A stretch of DNA of 64,000 nt, taken from the NCBI RefSeq assembly GCF_044755465.1, contig NZ_JBIVRB010000010.1, positions 27,517 through 91,516 of the forward strand, read 5' to 3'. Below are positions 52,613-61,739 of this stretch, piece by piece; positions within the stretch are counted from its first letter, which is position 1; each line of letters starts with the position of its first letter. A program made the position numbers and the translations under genes. The notes beneath the pieces were generated by a model. It worked only from the letters and a program-made list of their open reading frames with translations, was not told where the DNA came from and did no database searches. This DNA comes from Streptomyces sp. NPDC092296. Lineage in GTDB: Bacteria > Actinomycetota > Actinomycetes > Streptomycetales > Streptomycetaceae.

Positions 52613-53074
52613 TCAGGGCCGGCCGGCGGTCGCGGGTCGCGGCCAGGGGCGGCCCTGGGCCCGCTCCACGCTCCGGTTGAAGTGGGTGAGGGCGTCCACC
52701 AGCCGGTCGACGTCCGACTGCGGCCAGTCGGCCAGCAGCTCGGCCAGCCTGGCGTGGAAGCCGGCCCGGTCGGCGGCCAGCTGCCGACTGCCCTCGCCGC
52801 TGATGCTGAACTTGCGGGCCAGGCCGCCGTCCGGGTCGGGGATGCGCCGTACCAGGTCGGCCCGGAGCAGCGCCGCCGTCTGCCGGTTGACGGTCGAGAC
52901 GTCCAGCTGGAAGGCGTCGGCGAGCTGGTTGATCGACATCGGGCCCTCCGCCTCCAGCCTGCTGAGCAGCAGATAGGCGGAGTGGTCCAGCTCGCCCAGG
53001 CGGCGGGCGCCCTGCACCTGGTGGCGGGCGAGCAGCATCAGTTCGCGCTCGACCGCACCGACGTTCTCCGGCAC
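52613..53074 (-). CDS. MarR-family transcriptional regulator
   Basis: GTG at 53074 (SD GGGAGG) gives about 153 aa with a wHTH (SINQLADAFQLDVSTVNRQTAALLRADLVRR). The track ORF is 208 aa and over-extended. Confidence 0.8.
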   Translation of the reverse strand: MPENVGAVERELMLLARHQVQGARRLGELDHSAYLLLSRLEAEGPMSINQLADAFQLDVSTVNRQTAALLRADLVRRIPDPDGGLARKFSISGEGSRQLAADRAGFHARLAELLADWPQSDVDRLVDALTHFNRSVERAQGRPWPRPATAGRP

Positions 53075-53130
53075 GCCGCCTCCCGTTCCGCTGTTGACCT
53101 GCCGCTCCGAGGCTACCGCCCGTCGATGAG

Positions 53131-53165
53131 ATGTGCATCCTGCACATTGAATGTACGATGCACAA
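53131..53165. promoter_or_regulatory. AT-rich imperfect palindromes in marR/MFS divergent intergenic region (candidate MarR operator)
   Basis: The sequence atgtgcatcctgcacattgaatgtacgatgcacaag contains acattgaatgt and tgcac/gtgca arms. It is strikingly AT-rich for this genome. Confidence 0.4.
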
Positions 53166-53205
53166 GCTCCGTACCGACCGACCGCCGTTCCGCTGGAGGA
53201 ACCCC

Positions 53206-54678
53206 TTGACCGCGTCTGCCGTCCCTCGAACCGCGCCACCCCGGAGCGGAGCCGTGATCGCCGCCCTGGCGGCGGCCGGAATCGTCGTCTCGGTCATGCA
53301 GACCGTGGTCGTGCCGATCATCCCGGAGCTGCCGCAGCTGCTGCACTCCTCCGCCTCCGACGCTTCCTGGGCGATCACCGCCACCCTGCTCGCCGGCGCG
53401 GTCTCCACCCCCGTGATGGGGCGGCTGGGCGACATGTTCGGCAAGCGGCGGATGCTGCTGGTCAGCCTGGGCCTGATGGTGGTGGGCTCGGTGCTCTGCG
53501 CGCTGGGCTCCGGGCTGCTGCCGATGGTGGTCGGCCGCGCCCTCCAGGGCAGCGCCATGGGCGTGATCCCGCTGGGCATCAGCATCATGCGCGATGAGCT
53601 GCCCGCCGAGCGGCTGGGCTCCGCGATGGCCCTGATGAGCTCCTCGCTGGGCGTCGGCGGCGCGCTGGGCCTGCCGGCCGCCGCCACCATCGTGCAGCAC
53701 GCCGACTGGCATGTGCTGTTCTGGGTCTGCGCCGGGCTCGGCCTGGCGGTCTCGCTGCTGGTGCTGCGGCTGGTGCCGGAGTCCCCGGACCGCAGCGGTG
53801 GCCACTTCGACCTGGTCGGCGCGGTCGGGCTGTCGGTCGGGCTGGTCTGCCTGCTGCTGGCGATCTCCAAGGGCGGCGACTGGGGCTGGGGCAGCGGCAG
53901 CGTCCTCGGCCTGCTGGCCGCCGCCGTGGTGCTGCTGCTGGTCTGGGGCGGCTGGGAGCTGCGGACCGCCCAGCCGCTGGTCGACCTGCGGACCACCGCC
54001 CGCCGCCAGGTGCTGCTGACCAACCTGGCCTCGGTGCTGGTCGGCTTCGCGATGTACGCGCAGGCGCTGATCATGCCGCAGCTGCTCCAGCTGCCGAAGG
54101 CCACCGGCTACGGGCTCGGCCTGTCGATGGTGACGGCCGGTCTGCTGATGGCGCCGTCCGGCCTGGTGATGATGCTGATCTCGCCGTTCTCCGCCCGGAT
54201 ATCCGCTGCCCGGGGGCCCAAGGTGTCGCTGCTGCTGGGCATCGTGGTGATCACGGCCGGCTACTTCCTCGGGCTGGGGCTGCTGCACGCCGCCTGGCAG
54301 ATCCTGCTGGTCTCCTGTGTGATCGGCGCCGGTATCGCGCTGGCGTACTCCGCCATCCCGGCACTCATCATGGGTGCCGTGCCGCACACCGAGACCGCCG
54401 CCGCCAACGGCCTCAACACGCTGATGCGGTCCATCGGCACCTCGACCTCCAGCGCCGTGGTGGGGGTGGTGCTGGCCCGGATGACCCAGCCGCTCGGCCC
54501 GGTCCAGGTCCCGTCGCTCGACGGCTTCCGGACGTCCTTCCTGCTCGCGGCGGCCGGTGGCGTACTGGCCCTGGCACTGACCGCCTTCGTCCCCGGCCGC
54601 CGGCCCGCCGCACCGGCCCCGGCCGCCACCGGGGGCGAGGCCGCGCCCCGCGAGGCCGCGCCCGCGACCCGGGACTGA
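53206..54678 (+). CDS. MFS transporter (DHA2-like, 14 TMS)
   Basis: The likely start is TTG at 53206, preceded by GGAGGA at 53195-53200, with ATG 53158 as an alternative. Motifs include GRLGDMFGKRRML. The gene is divergent from marR. Confidence 0.8.
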   Translation: MTASAVPRTAPPRSGAVIAALAAAGIVVSVMQTVVVPIIPELPQLLHSSASDASWAITATLLAGAVSTPVMGRLGDMFGKRRMLLVSLGLMVVGSVLCALGSGLLPMVVGRALQGSAMGVIPLGISIMRDELPAERLGSAMALMSSSLGVGGALGLPAAATIVQHADWHVLFWVCAGLGLAVSLLVLRLVPESPDRSGGHFDLVGAVGLSVGLVCLLLAISKGGDWGWGSGSVLGLLAAAVVLLLVWGGWELRTAQPLVDLRTTARRQVLLTNLASVLVGFAMYAQALIMPQLLQLPKATGYGLGLSMVTAGLLMAPSGLVMMLISPFSARISAARGPKVSLLLGIVVITAGYFLGLGLLHAAWQILLVSCVIGAGIALAYSAIPALIMGAVPHTETAAANGLNTLMRSIGTSTSSAVVGVVLARMTQPLGPVQVPSLDGFRTSFLLAAAGGVLALALTAFVPGRRPAAPAPAATGGEAAPREAAPATRD

Positions 54679-54760
54679 CGTCGCACCGCCGTACGACGAC
54701 GAGGGGCCCGCGTCCGGATCGGACTCGGGCCCCTCGTACGGGGTGGTGCGGGCGGGGCGG

Positions 54761-55642
54761 TCAGCCCAGCCGGGACTCCGCGCGCCGGGCGCGCACATCG
54801 CAGACCTTCTGGTTGACCTTGCGGCGGATCACCAGCAGCGGCGCCATCGCGGCCAGCGCGATCTGGGCGGTGGCCCCGACCCGCAGCAGCACATCGCCGC
54901 CGGGCACCCCGGCCGCCCAGGCACCCAGGCAGCCGATGCTCACCACGATCCAGGAGAGCGTCGCGGTGGCCAGCAGGCCCTGCGGCTTGGGGTACTCGAT
55001 CCGGCTCACCATCAGGTAGGCGACCCCGAAGATGGCGATCATCGCCGGGATGAACGGCGGGTCCAGCAGCACGATGGCGATCACCGTCATGGCGCCCATC
55101 GGGCAGGGCATGCCCTGGAACACCCCCGGCCGCATCTTCACGGTCGAGAAGCGGGCCAGCCGCAGCACCACCGCCAGCAGCACCGTCAGCGCGATGAACG
55201 CCGACACCCGCTGGTTGCCGTCCGGCGAGACCATGCCCCAGACCGCGACGAAGTAGGCCGGCGCGATGCCGAAGCTGGTCAGGTCGGCCAGGTTGTCCAA
55301 CTCCGCACCCAGCGCGGAGCTGCGCAGCTTGCGGGCGACCAGCCCGTCGAAGAGGTCGCACATCGAGCCGAGCAGCAGCAGCGTGACCGCCATCGCGGCG
55401 CTGTTGCGGTTGGTGGGAGCCGTGCCGTCCCCGGTGATGTGCGGGATCAGCACACCGGTGGTCATCGAGTAGATGGCCAGGAAGCCGCAGACGGCGTTCC
55501 CCAGGGTGAGGAAGTCCGCGGTGGAGAGCGCCTGGGGCGAACGCGGAGCGCGCAGCTCCCGGTCGCGCGCCCAGCGGCGGCGGCGGATCGCCGTCTCCTC
55601 GTCCTCGGCGAGACCCAGTGTCTCGGGATCAGTCACGGTCAA
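54761..55642 (-). CDS. pssA: CDP-diacylglycerol--serine O-phosphatidyltransferase (CDP-alcohol phosphatidyltransferase family)
   Basis: The 293-aa protein has the motif D..DG..AR.....S..G...D...D (DLFDGLVARKLRSSALGAELDNLAD) and multiple TM segments. Confidence 0.8.
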   Translation of the reverse strand: MTVTDPETLGLAEDEETAIRRRRWARDRELRAPRSPQALSTADFLTLGNAVCGFLAIYSMTTGVLIPHITGDGTAPTNRNSAAMAVTLLLLGSMCDLFDGLVARKLRSSALGAELDNLADLTSFGIAPAYFVAVWGMVSPDGNQRVSAFIALTVLLAVVLRLARFSTVKMRPGVFQGMPCPMGAMTVIAIVLLDPPFIPAMIAIFGVAYLMVSRIEYPKPQGLLATATLSWIVVSIGCLGAWAAGVPGGDVLLRVGATAQIALAAMAPLLVIRRKVNQKVCDVRARRAESRLG

Positions 55643-56321
55643 GGCGTGTCACCCCGGCAGTCGTCTTCTGGCCGACCTCGACGCCGACCTCGACGCCGGC
55701 CGGCAGGTAGGTGTCGACGCGGGAGCCGAAGCGGATCAGACCGACCCGCTCACCCTGCTCGACCTTGGTGCCCGGCTTGACGTACGGGACGATGCGGCGG
55801 GCGACGGCGCCCGCGATCTGCACCATCTCGATGTCGCCGAGCTCGGTGTCGAAATGCCACACCACGCGCTCGTTGCGGTCGCTGTCCTTGTTGAACGCCG
55901 GGACGTAACCGCCGGGGATGTGGTCGACGGAGCTGACCGTGCCGGGGAGCGGGGCACGGTTCACATGCACATTGAGCGGGCTCATGAAGATCGCGACCCG
56001 GGTACGGCCGTCCGGCCAGGCGTCGATGCTCTGCACCACGCCGTCGGCCGGCGAGATGACGCGGCCGGTACCGATCTCGCGCTCGGGGTCGCGGAAGAAC
56101 CACAGCATGCCCGCGCCGAGCGCGGACACGGGTACCGCCGCCAGCGCCCACTTGCCGCTGCGCCGGGTGAGGGCGGTACAGGCGGCGGCGGTGGCGAGGG
56201 TGGGGACGAGCCAGGGCGAGGCACCGCGTGCGAGTGTCACACGGGGGCGTCGACCGGTCTCCGGGGACGCGAGGGCATCGCGGTCCGCAGCGGAGGAGTG
56301 TGGGGACGGGCTGTAGGGCAT
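55629..56321 (-). CDS. psd: Phosphatidylserine decarboxylase (short pyruvoyl-dependent form)
   Basis: ATG at 56321 gives MPYSPS.., about 230 aa with an N-terminal TM and a C-terminal GERVGLIRFGSRVD...  The gene is upstream of and overlaps pssA. The track's 272-aa version is over-extended. Confidence 0.7.
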   Translation of the reverse strand: MPYSPSPHSSAADRDALASPETGRRPRVTLARGASPWLVPTLATAAACTALTRRSGKWALAAVPVSALGAGMLWFFRDPEREIGTGRVISPADGVVQSIDAWPDGRTRVAIFMSPLNVHVNRAPLPGTVSSVDHIPGGYVPAFNKDSDRNERVVWHFDTELGDIEMVQIAGAVARRIVPYVKPGTKVEQGERVGLIRFGSRVDTYLPAGVEVGVEVGQKTTAGVTRLDRD

Positions 56322-56659
56322 CGAAGACCTTTGTCGCGGGGGGCGCCGCGGGGATCGAGTGGTACTGGGGACGGCAGCTGTCCCGGTGGATGCTATCGGC
56401 AGCAGGCGGTGGGTGGGCAAGCGCCCGGATCGGGAGCCGACTTGCACCTCGCTGCCCCACTCCTGCTCTGTCTACGACCGTAGCGGGTGCCAGTCCGGTT
56501 CCCAAGTGGGAGATGAAAGGCCGTGAGAGTCGTCTCAGCGACCCGGCGGGGCGTGCGCCGACGGGGGCCCGCACGCCCCCGTCCGCGCCCCCGCCCGTGC
56601 TGTGGACGGCCGGAATTCGACCGGTCGGCGGTCAGCCGACTGCCCGGATTCCGGCCGGT

Positions 56660-57862
56660 TCAGTCGGCGATCCGGTACTCCTCCAGCAGCCGGCGGCCGA
56701 CGATCATCTTCTGGATCTCCGCAGTACCTTCACCGATGAGCAGCATCGGGGCCTCCCGGTAGAGCCGCTCGATCTCGTACTCCTTGGAGAAGCCGTAGCC
56801 GCCGTGGATGCGGAACGCGTCCTCCACGACCTCCTTGCAGTACTCCGACGCCAGGTACTTGGCCATCCCGGCCTCCAGGTCGTTGCGCTCGCCCGAGTCC
56901 TTCTTGCGGGCGGCCATCACCATCATCTGGTGGGCGGCCTCGACCTTGGTGGCCATCTCGGCCAGCTTGAACTGGATCGCCTGGTGCTGCGCGATCGGCT
57001 TGCCGAAGGTGTGCCGCTGCTGCGCGTACCGGATGCCCAGCTCGAAGGCGCGGCGGGCCACGCCGCAGCCCCGGGCGGCGACATTGACCCGGCCGACCTC
57101 GACCCCGTCCATCATCTGGTAGAAGCCCCGGCCGGTGGCGCCGCCGAGCACCCGGTCGGCGGGCACCCGGACGTCCTGGAGCACCAGCTCGGTGGTGTCG
57201 ACGCCCTTGTAACCCATCTTGTCGATCTTCCCGGGCACGGTGAGCCCGGGGACGGTCGGATTCGGGCCGAAGCCCGGCTCCTTCTCGATCAGAAAGGTGG
57301 TCATATTGCGGTGCGGCGCGTCGTGTCCCTCCTCGGTGCGGCAGAGCACCGCGACCAGGGTGGAGGTGCCGCCGTTGGTCAGCCACATCTTCTGGCCGTT
57401 GATCACGAAGTCGCCGCCGTCCGGCACCGCCCGGGTGCGGATCGCGGAGACGTCGGAGCCGAGCCCCGGCTCCGACATGGAGAAGGCGCCCCGGACCTCG
57501 CCGGTCGCCATCCGGGGCAGGAAGTGCTCCTTCTGCTCCTCGGTGCCATGAGCGTTGATCATGTGGGCCACGATGAAGTGGGTGTTGACGATGCCGGACA
57601 CCGACATCCAGCCACGGGAGATCTCCTCCACCACCAGGGCGTAGGTGAGCAGCGACTCCCCGAGGCCGCCGTACTCCTCGGGGATGGTGAGGCCGAAGAG
57701 GCCCAGCTGCTTCATGCCCGCCACGATCGCGGCCGGGTACTCGTCGCGGTGCTCCAGCTCGGTGGCGACCGGGAGGATCTCCTTGTCGACGAAGTCCCGC
57801 ACGGTGGCGAGGATGTCCCGCTGGATCTCGGTGAGGCCGTCGGTCTGCGCGAGGCGTCCCAT
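56660..57862 (-). CDS. Acyl-CoA dehydrogenase (likely methylsuccinyl-CoA dehydrogenase of the ethylmalonyl-CoA pathway)
   Basis: The 400-aa protein has canonical ACAD motifs (FSMSEPGLGSDV, YLASEYCKEVVEDAFRIHGGYGFSKEY). It is the last gene of the ccr-meaA-mcl-mch operon, followed by a hairpin at 56633-56668. Confidence 0.8.
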   Translation of the reverse strand: MGRLAQTDGLTEIQRDILATVRDFVDKEILPVATELEHRDEYPAAIVAGMKQLGLFGLTIPEEYGGLGESLLTYALVVEEISRGWMSVSGIVNTHFIVAHMINAHGTEEQKEHFLPRMATGEVRGAFSMSEPGLGSDVSAIRTRAVPDGGDFVINGQKMWLTNGGTSTLVAVLCRTEEGHDAPHRNMTTFLIEKEPGFGPNPTVPGLTVPGKIDKMGYKGVDTTELVLQDVRVPADRVLGGATGRGFYQMMDGVEVGRVNVAARGCGVARRAFELGIRYAQQRHTFGKPIAQHQAIQFKLAEMATKVEAAHQMMVMAARKKDSGERNDLEAGMAKYLASEYCKEVVEDAFRIHGGYGFSKEYEIERLYREAPMLLIGEGTAEIQKMIVGRRLLEEYRIAD

Positions 57863-57879
57863 GGCGCGGCTCCTGTCGT

Positions 57880-58060
<181 letters not shown>

Positions 58061-58127
58061 GTGGCGGCCGCGGAGCCCCCGGCGGTCCGGTACGGGCGGC
58101 CGATGACGGCGGCCGCCCGCCCGGGGT

Positions 58128-58631
58128 CTAGGGGCGCGGCTCGGGGCGGCCGGCCTGGGCCCCGCCGCGCGCCGCGACGTGCGTCCCGGTCGGCACCATC
58201 ACCTTGCGGCGGAAGACGCAGACCAGGGTGCCGTCCTGCTTGTAGCCCCTGGTCTCCACGGTCACCACGCCCCGGTCGTCCTTGGAGCGGGACAGCCGCT
58301 TCTCCAGCACCGTGGTCTCGCCGTAGACGGTGTCGCCGTGGAAGGTCGGCGCCACATGCCGCAGCGACTCCACCTCCAGATTGGCGATGGCCTGGCCGGA
58401 GACGTCGGGCACCGACATGCCGAGCAGCAGCGAGTAGACGTAGTTGCCGACCACCACGTTCCGGCCGAAGTCGGTGCTCTGCTCCGCGTAGTGGGCGTCC
58501 AGGTGGAGCGGATGGTGGTTCATGGTGAGCAGGCAGAAGAGGTGGTCGTCGTACTCGGTGACCGTCTTGCCCGGCCAGTGCTTGTACACCGCCCCGACCT
58601 CGAACTCCTCGAAGGTCCGTCCGAACTGCAT
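58128..58631 (-). CDS. MaoC-like (R)-specific enoyl-CoA hydratase (mesaconyl-CoA hydratase candidate)
   Basis: The 167-aa protein has a hotdog fold and the MaoC motif region (HHPLHLDAHYAEQSTDFGRNVVVGNY). Confidence 0.8.
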   Translation of the reverse strand: MQFGRTFEEFEVGAVYKHWPGKTVTEYDDHLFCLLTMNHHPLHLDAHYAEQSTDFGRNVVVGNYVYSLLLGMSVPDVSGQAIANLEVESLRHVAPTFHGDTVYGETTVLEKRLSRSKDDRGVVTVETRGYKQDGTLVCVFRRKVMVPTGTHVAARGGAQAGRPEPRP

Positions 58632-58644
58632 CTCAGCGCGCTCC

Positions 58645-59637
58645 TCAGCTCTGCGGGGGCTGGAACTCGGTGGTGCGCCGCATCCCGGCGGCCCTGCCCT
58701 TGCCGGCGATCACCAGCGCCATCTTGCGGGACGCCTCGTCGATCATCTCGTCGCCCAGCATCGCGGAGCCCTTGGCGCCGCCGGCCTCCGAGGTGCACCA
58801 CTCATAGGCGTCCAGGATCAGTTCGGCGTGGTCGTAGTCGTCCTGGGACGGCGAGTAGATCTCGTTCGCCGCCGCGATCTGGTCCGGGTGCAGCACCCAC
58901 TTGCCGTCGAAGCCCAGCGCGGCGGACCGCCGGGCGACCTCCCGATAGCCCTCCTGGTTGCGGATCTGGAGGTACGGGCCGTCGATGGCCTGGAGGTCAT
59001 GGCTGCGGGCGGCCATCAGCAGCCGCATCAGGATGTAGTGGTAGGCGTCCGCCGGATAGCCGGGCGGCTGCTCCCCGACCACCAGCGACTTCATGTTGAC
59101 GGAGGCCATGAAGTCGGCCGGGCCGAAGATGATGGTCTCCACCCGGGGCGAGGCCGCCGCGATCTCGTCCACGTTCACCAGGCCCCTGGCGTTCTCGATC
59201 TGCGCCTCGATGCCGATCCGGCCGACCTCGAAGCCCATGGTCTTCTCGATCTGGGTGAGCAGCAGGTCCAGCGCCTTGACCTGGGTGGCGTCCTGCACCT
59301 TGGGCAGCATCAGGCAGTCCAGGTTGGGCCCGGCGCCCTCCACGACGGTGACCACGTCGCGGTACGTCCAGTGGGTGGTCCAGTCGTTGACCCGCACCAC
59401 GCGGGTCTTGGCCCCCCAGTCGCCGTTGTTGAGCGCGTCCACGATGTGGTGCCGGGCGCTCTCCTTGACCAGCGGCGCGCAGGCGTCCTCCAGGTCCAGG
59501 AAGACCTGGTCGGCGGGCAGCCCCTGGGCCTTCTCCAGGAAGCGCGGGTTGCTGCCGGGCACGGCCAGGCAGGAGCGGCGGGGGCGCAGCCGGTTCACGG
59601 GCGAGGGGGCCGGGCCGGCGGGCGGGGTGGGCGTCAT
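58645..59637 (-). CDS. HpcH/HpaI-aldolase / citrate-lyase-beta family lyase (L-malyl-CoA/beta-methylmalyl-CoA lyase candidate)
   Basis: The 330-aa protein has CitE-like sequence (CLAVPGSNPRFLEKA...LDLEDA, MLPKVQDA). Confidence 0.8.
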   Translation of the reverse strand: MTPTPPAGPAPSPVNRLRPRRSCLAVPGSNPRFLEKAQGLPADQVFLDLEDACAPLVKESARHHIVDALNNGDWGAKTRVVRVNDWTTHWTYRDVVTVVEGAGPNLDCLMLPKVQDATQVKALDLLLTQIEKTMGFEVGRIGIEAQIENARGLVNVDEIAAASPRVETIIFGPADFMASVNMKSLVVGEQPPGYPADAYHYILMRLLMAARSHDLQAIDGPYLQIRNQEGYREVARRSAALGFDGKWVLHPDQIAAANEIYSPSQDDYDHAELILDAYEWCTSEAGGAKGSAMLGDEMIDEASRKMALVIAGKGRAAGMRRTTEFQPPQS

Positions 59638-59671
59638 GGGGGTGGGTTCGTCCTTCCGGTACGGGTGAGGG

Positions 59672-61738
59672 TCAGCGTGGGGCGAGGCCGGCCGCCGGGC
59701 TGCGCCAGGGCTGGAGGCGGTTGGCGAGGCGGATCTCGTCCACGATGCGGCCGATGATGGTGGTGATGCTGAAGTCCTTCGGGGTGAAGACGGCTGCCAC
59801 CCCGGCGGCCTTCAGCGCCTCGCCGTCCGCTGCGGGGATGATGCCACCGGCGATCACCGGGACGTCCGCCACCCCGGCGCGGCGCAGCCGCCGCAGCACG
59901 TCCGGGACGAGTTCGGCGTGCGCCCCGGACAGGATCGACAGTCCCACGCAGTGCACGTCCTCGGCGACCGCGGCGGCCACGATCTGCTCGGGTGTCAGCC
60001 GGATGCCCTGGTAGACCACTTCGAAGCCGGCGTCGCGAGCCCGGACGGCGATCTGCTCGGCGCCGTTGGAGTGCCCGTCCAGGCCGGGCTTGCCGACCAG
60101 CATCCGCAGCTTGCCGGTGCCCAGCTCGGCGGCGGTGGCCGCCACGGCCTCCCGTACGGCGGCCAGCTCGCCGCCCGGCTCGGCGCCGACCGCGACCGGG
60201 GCGCCGCCGACGCCGGTGGGGGCGCGGTACTCGCCGAAGACGTCCCGCAGCGCGAAGGACCACTCGCCGGTGGTGACGCCCACCCGGGCGCAGGCCAGGG
60301 TGGCGGCCATCAGATTGGCATCGCTCCGCGCGTCGGCCCGCAGCCGGTCCAGCGCGGCCGACGCGGCGGCGTCGTCGCGCTCGGCGCGCCAGGCCGCCAG
60401 CGAGGCCAGCACGGCCCGCTCGGCGGCCGGGTCCACCTGCTGGACGGCCGCGTCCAGGTCGGTGGTGAGCGGATTGGGCTCGGTGCTCTCGAAGCAGTTG
60501 ACGCCGACCACCCGGTCCTCGCCGGACTCGATCCGGGCCCGCCGCTCGGCGTGCGAGGCGACCAGCTGCGCCTTGAGGTAGCCGGACTCCACGGCCGGGA
60601 TCACCCCGCCCATCTCCAGCACCTTGGCGATCTCGGCCTCGGCGCCGGTCAGCAGCTCCTCGGTCCTGGCCTCCACCACCCGGGAGCCGTCGAAGAGGTC
60701 GCCGTACTCCAGCAGGTCCGACTCGTACGCCAGCACCTGCTGGATGCGCAGCGACCACTGCTGGTCCCAGGGCCGGGGCAGGCCCAGCGCCTCGTTCCAG
60801 GCGGGCAGCTGCACGGCGCGGGCGCGGGCGTCCCGGGAGAGGGTGACGGCCAGCATCTCCAGCACGATCCGCTGGACGTTGTTCTCCGGCTGGGCCTCGG
60901 TCAGGCCCAGCGAGTTGACCTGCACGCCGTAGCGGAACCGCCGCTGCCGGGCGTCGGTGACGCCGTACCGCTCCCGGGTCACCCGCTCCCAGAGCCGGGC
61001 GAAGGCCCGCATCTTGCACATCTCCTCGACGAAGCGGACGCCCGCGTTGACGAAGAAGGAGATCCGGGCGACCACCTCGCCCATCCGCTCCGGCGCCAGC
61101 TGGCCGGAGTCGCGGACCGCGTCCAGCACCGAGATCGCGGTGCACATCGCGTACGCCAGCTCCTGCACCGGCGTGGCGCCGGCCTCCTGGAGGTGGTAAC
61201 TGCAGATGTTGATCGGGTTCCACCTGGGGAGGTGCGCGACCGTGTAGGCGATCAGGTCGGTGGTGAGCCGCACCGAGGGGCCGGGCGGGAAGACGTGCGT
61301 GCCGCGGGACAGGTACTCCTTGACGATGTCGTTCTGGGTGGTGCCGCTGAGCGCGGCGAGGTCGGCGCCCTGCTCCTCGGCGACGACCTGGTAGAGCGCC
61401 AGCAGCCACATCGCGGTGGCGTTGATCGTCATGGAGGTGTTGGTGCGCTCCAGCGGGATGCCGTCGAACAGGGCCCGCAGGTCGCCCAGGTGGCCCACCG
61501 GGACGCCGACCCGGCCGACCTCGCCGCGCGCCAGGATGTGGTCGGCGTCGTAGCCGGTCTGGGTGGGCAGGTCGAACGCCACCGACAGGCCGGTCTGGCC
61601 CTTGGCGAGGTTGCGGCGGTAGAGCGCGTTGGACTCCCGGGCGGAGGAGTGCCCGGCGTAGGTGCGCATCAGCCACGGCCGGTCCCGGGTGGGGCGCTGC
61701 CGGGGGTCCCGGCCGGTGGTCTCGTGGGGGTCGGTCAT
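59672..61738 (-). CDS. meaA: Ethylmalonyl-CoA mutase (fused B12-dependent acyl-CoA mutase, MeaA/Ecm-like)
   Basis: The 688-aa protein has an N-terminal methylmalonyl-CoA mutase-like substrate domain. The C-terminal B12-binding domain carries the DxHxxG motif (GLDGHSNGAEQIA). Confidence 0.9.
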   Translation of the reverse strand: MTDPHETTGRDPRQRPTRDRPWLMRTYAGHSSARESNALYRRNLAKGQTGLSVAFDLPTQTGYDADHILARGEVGRVGVPVGHLGDLRALFDGIPLERTNTSMTINATAMWLLALYQVVAEEQGADLAALSGTTQNDIVKEYLSRGTHVFPPGPSVRLTTDLIAYTVAHLPRWNPINICSYHLQEAGATPVQELAYAMCTAISVLDAVRDSGQLAPERMGEVVARISFFVNAGVRFVEEMCKMRAFARLWERVTRERYGVTDARQRRFRYGVQVNSLGLTEAQPENNVQRIVLEMLAVTLSRDARARAVQLPAWNEALGLPRPWDQQWSLRIQQVLAYESDLLEYGDLFDGSRVVEARTEELLTGAEAEIAKVLEMGGVIPAVESGYLKAQLVASHAERRARIESGEDRVVGVNCFESTEPNPLTTDLDAAVQQVDPAAERAVLASLAAWRAERDDAAASAALDRLRADARSDANLMAATLACARVGVTTGEWSFALRDVFGEYRAPTGVGGAPVAVGAEPGGELAAVREAVAATAAELGTGKLRMLVGKPGLDGHSNGAEQIAVRARDAGFEVVYQGIRLTPEQIVAAAVAEDVHCVGLSILSGAHAELVPDVLRRLRRAGVADVPVIAGGIIPAADGEALKAAGVAAVFTPKDFSITTIIGRIVDEIRLANRLQPWRSPAAGLAPR

Positions 61739-61739
61739 G

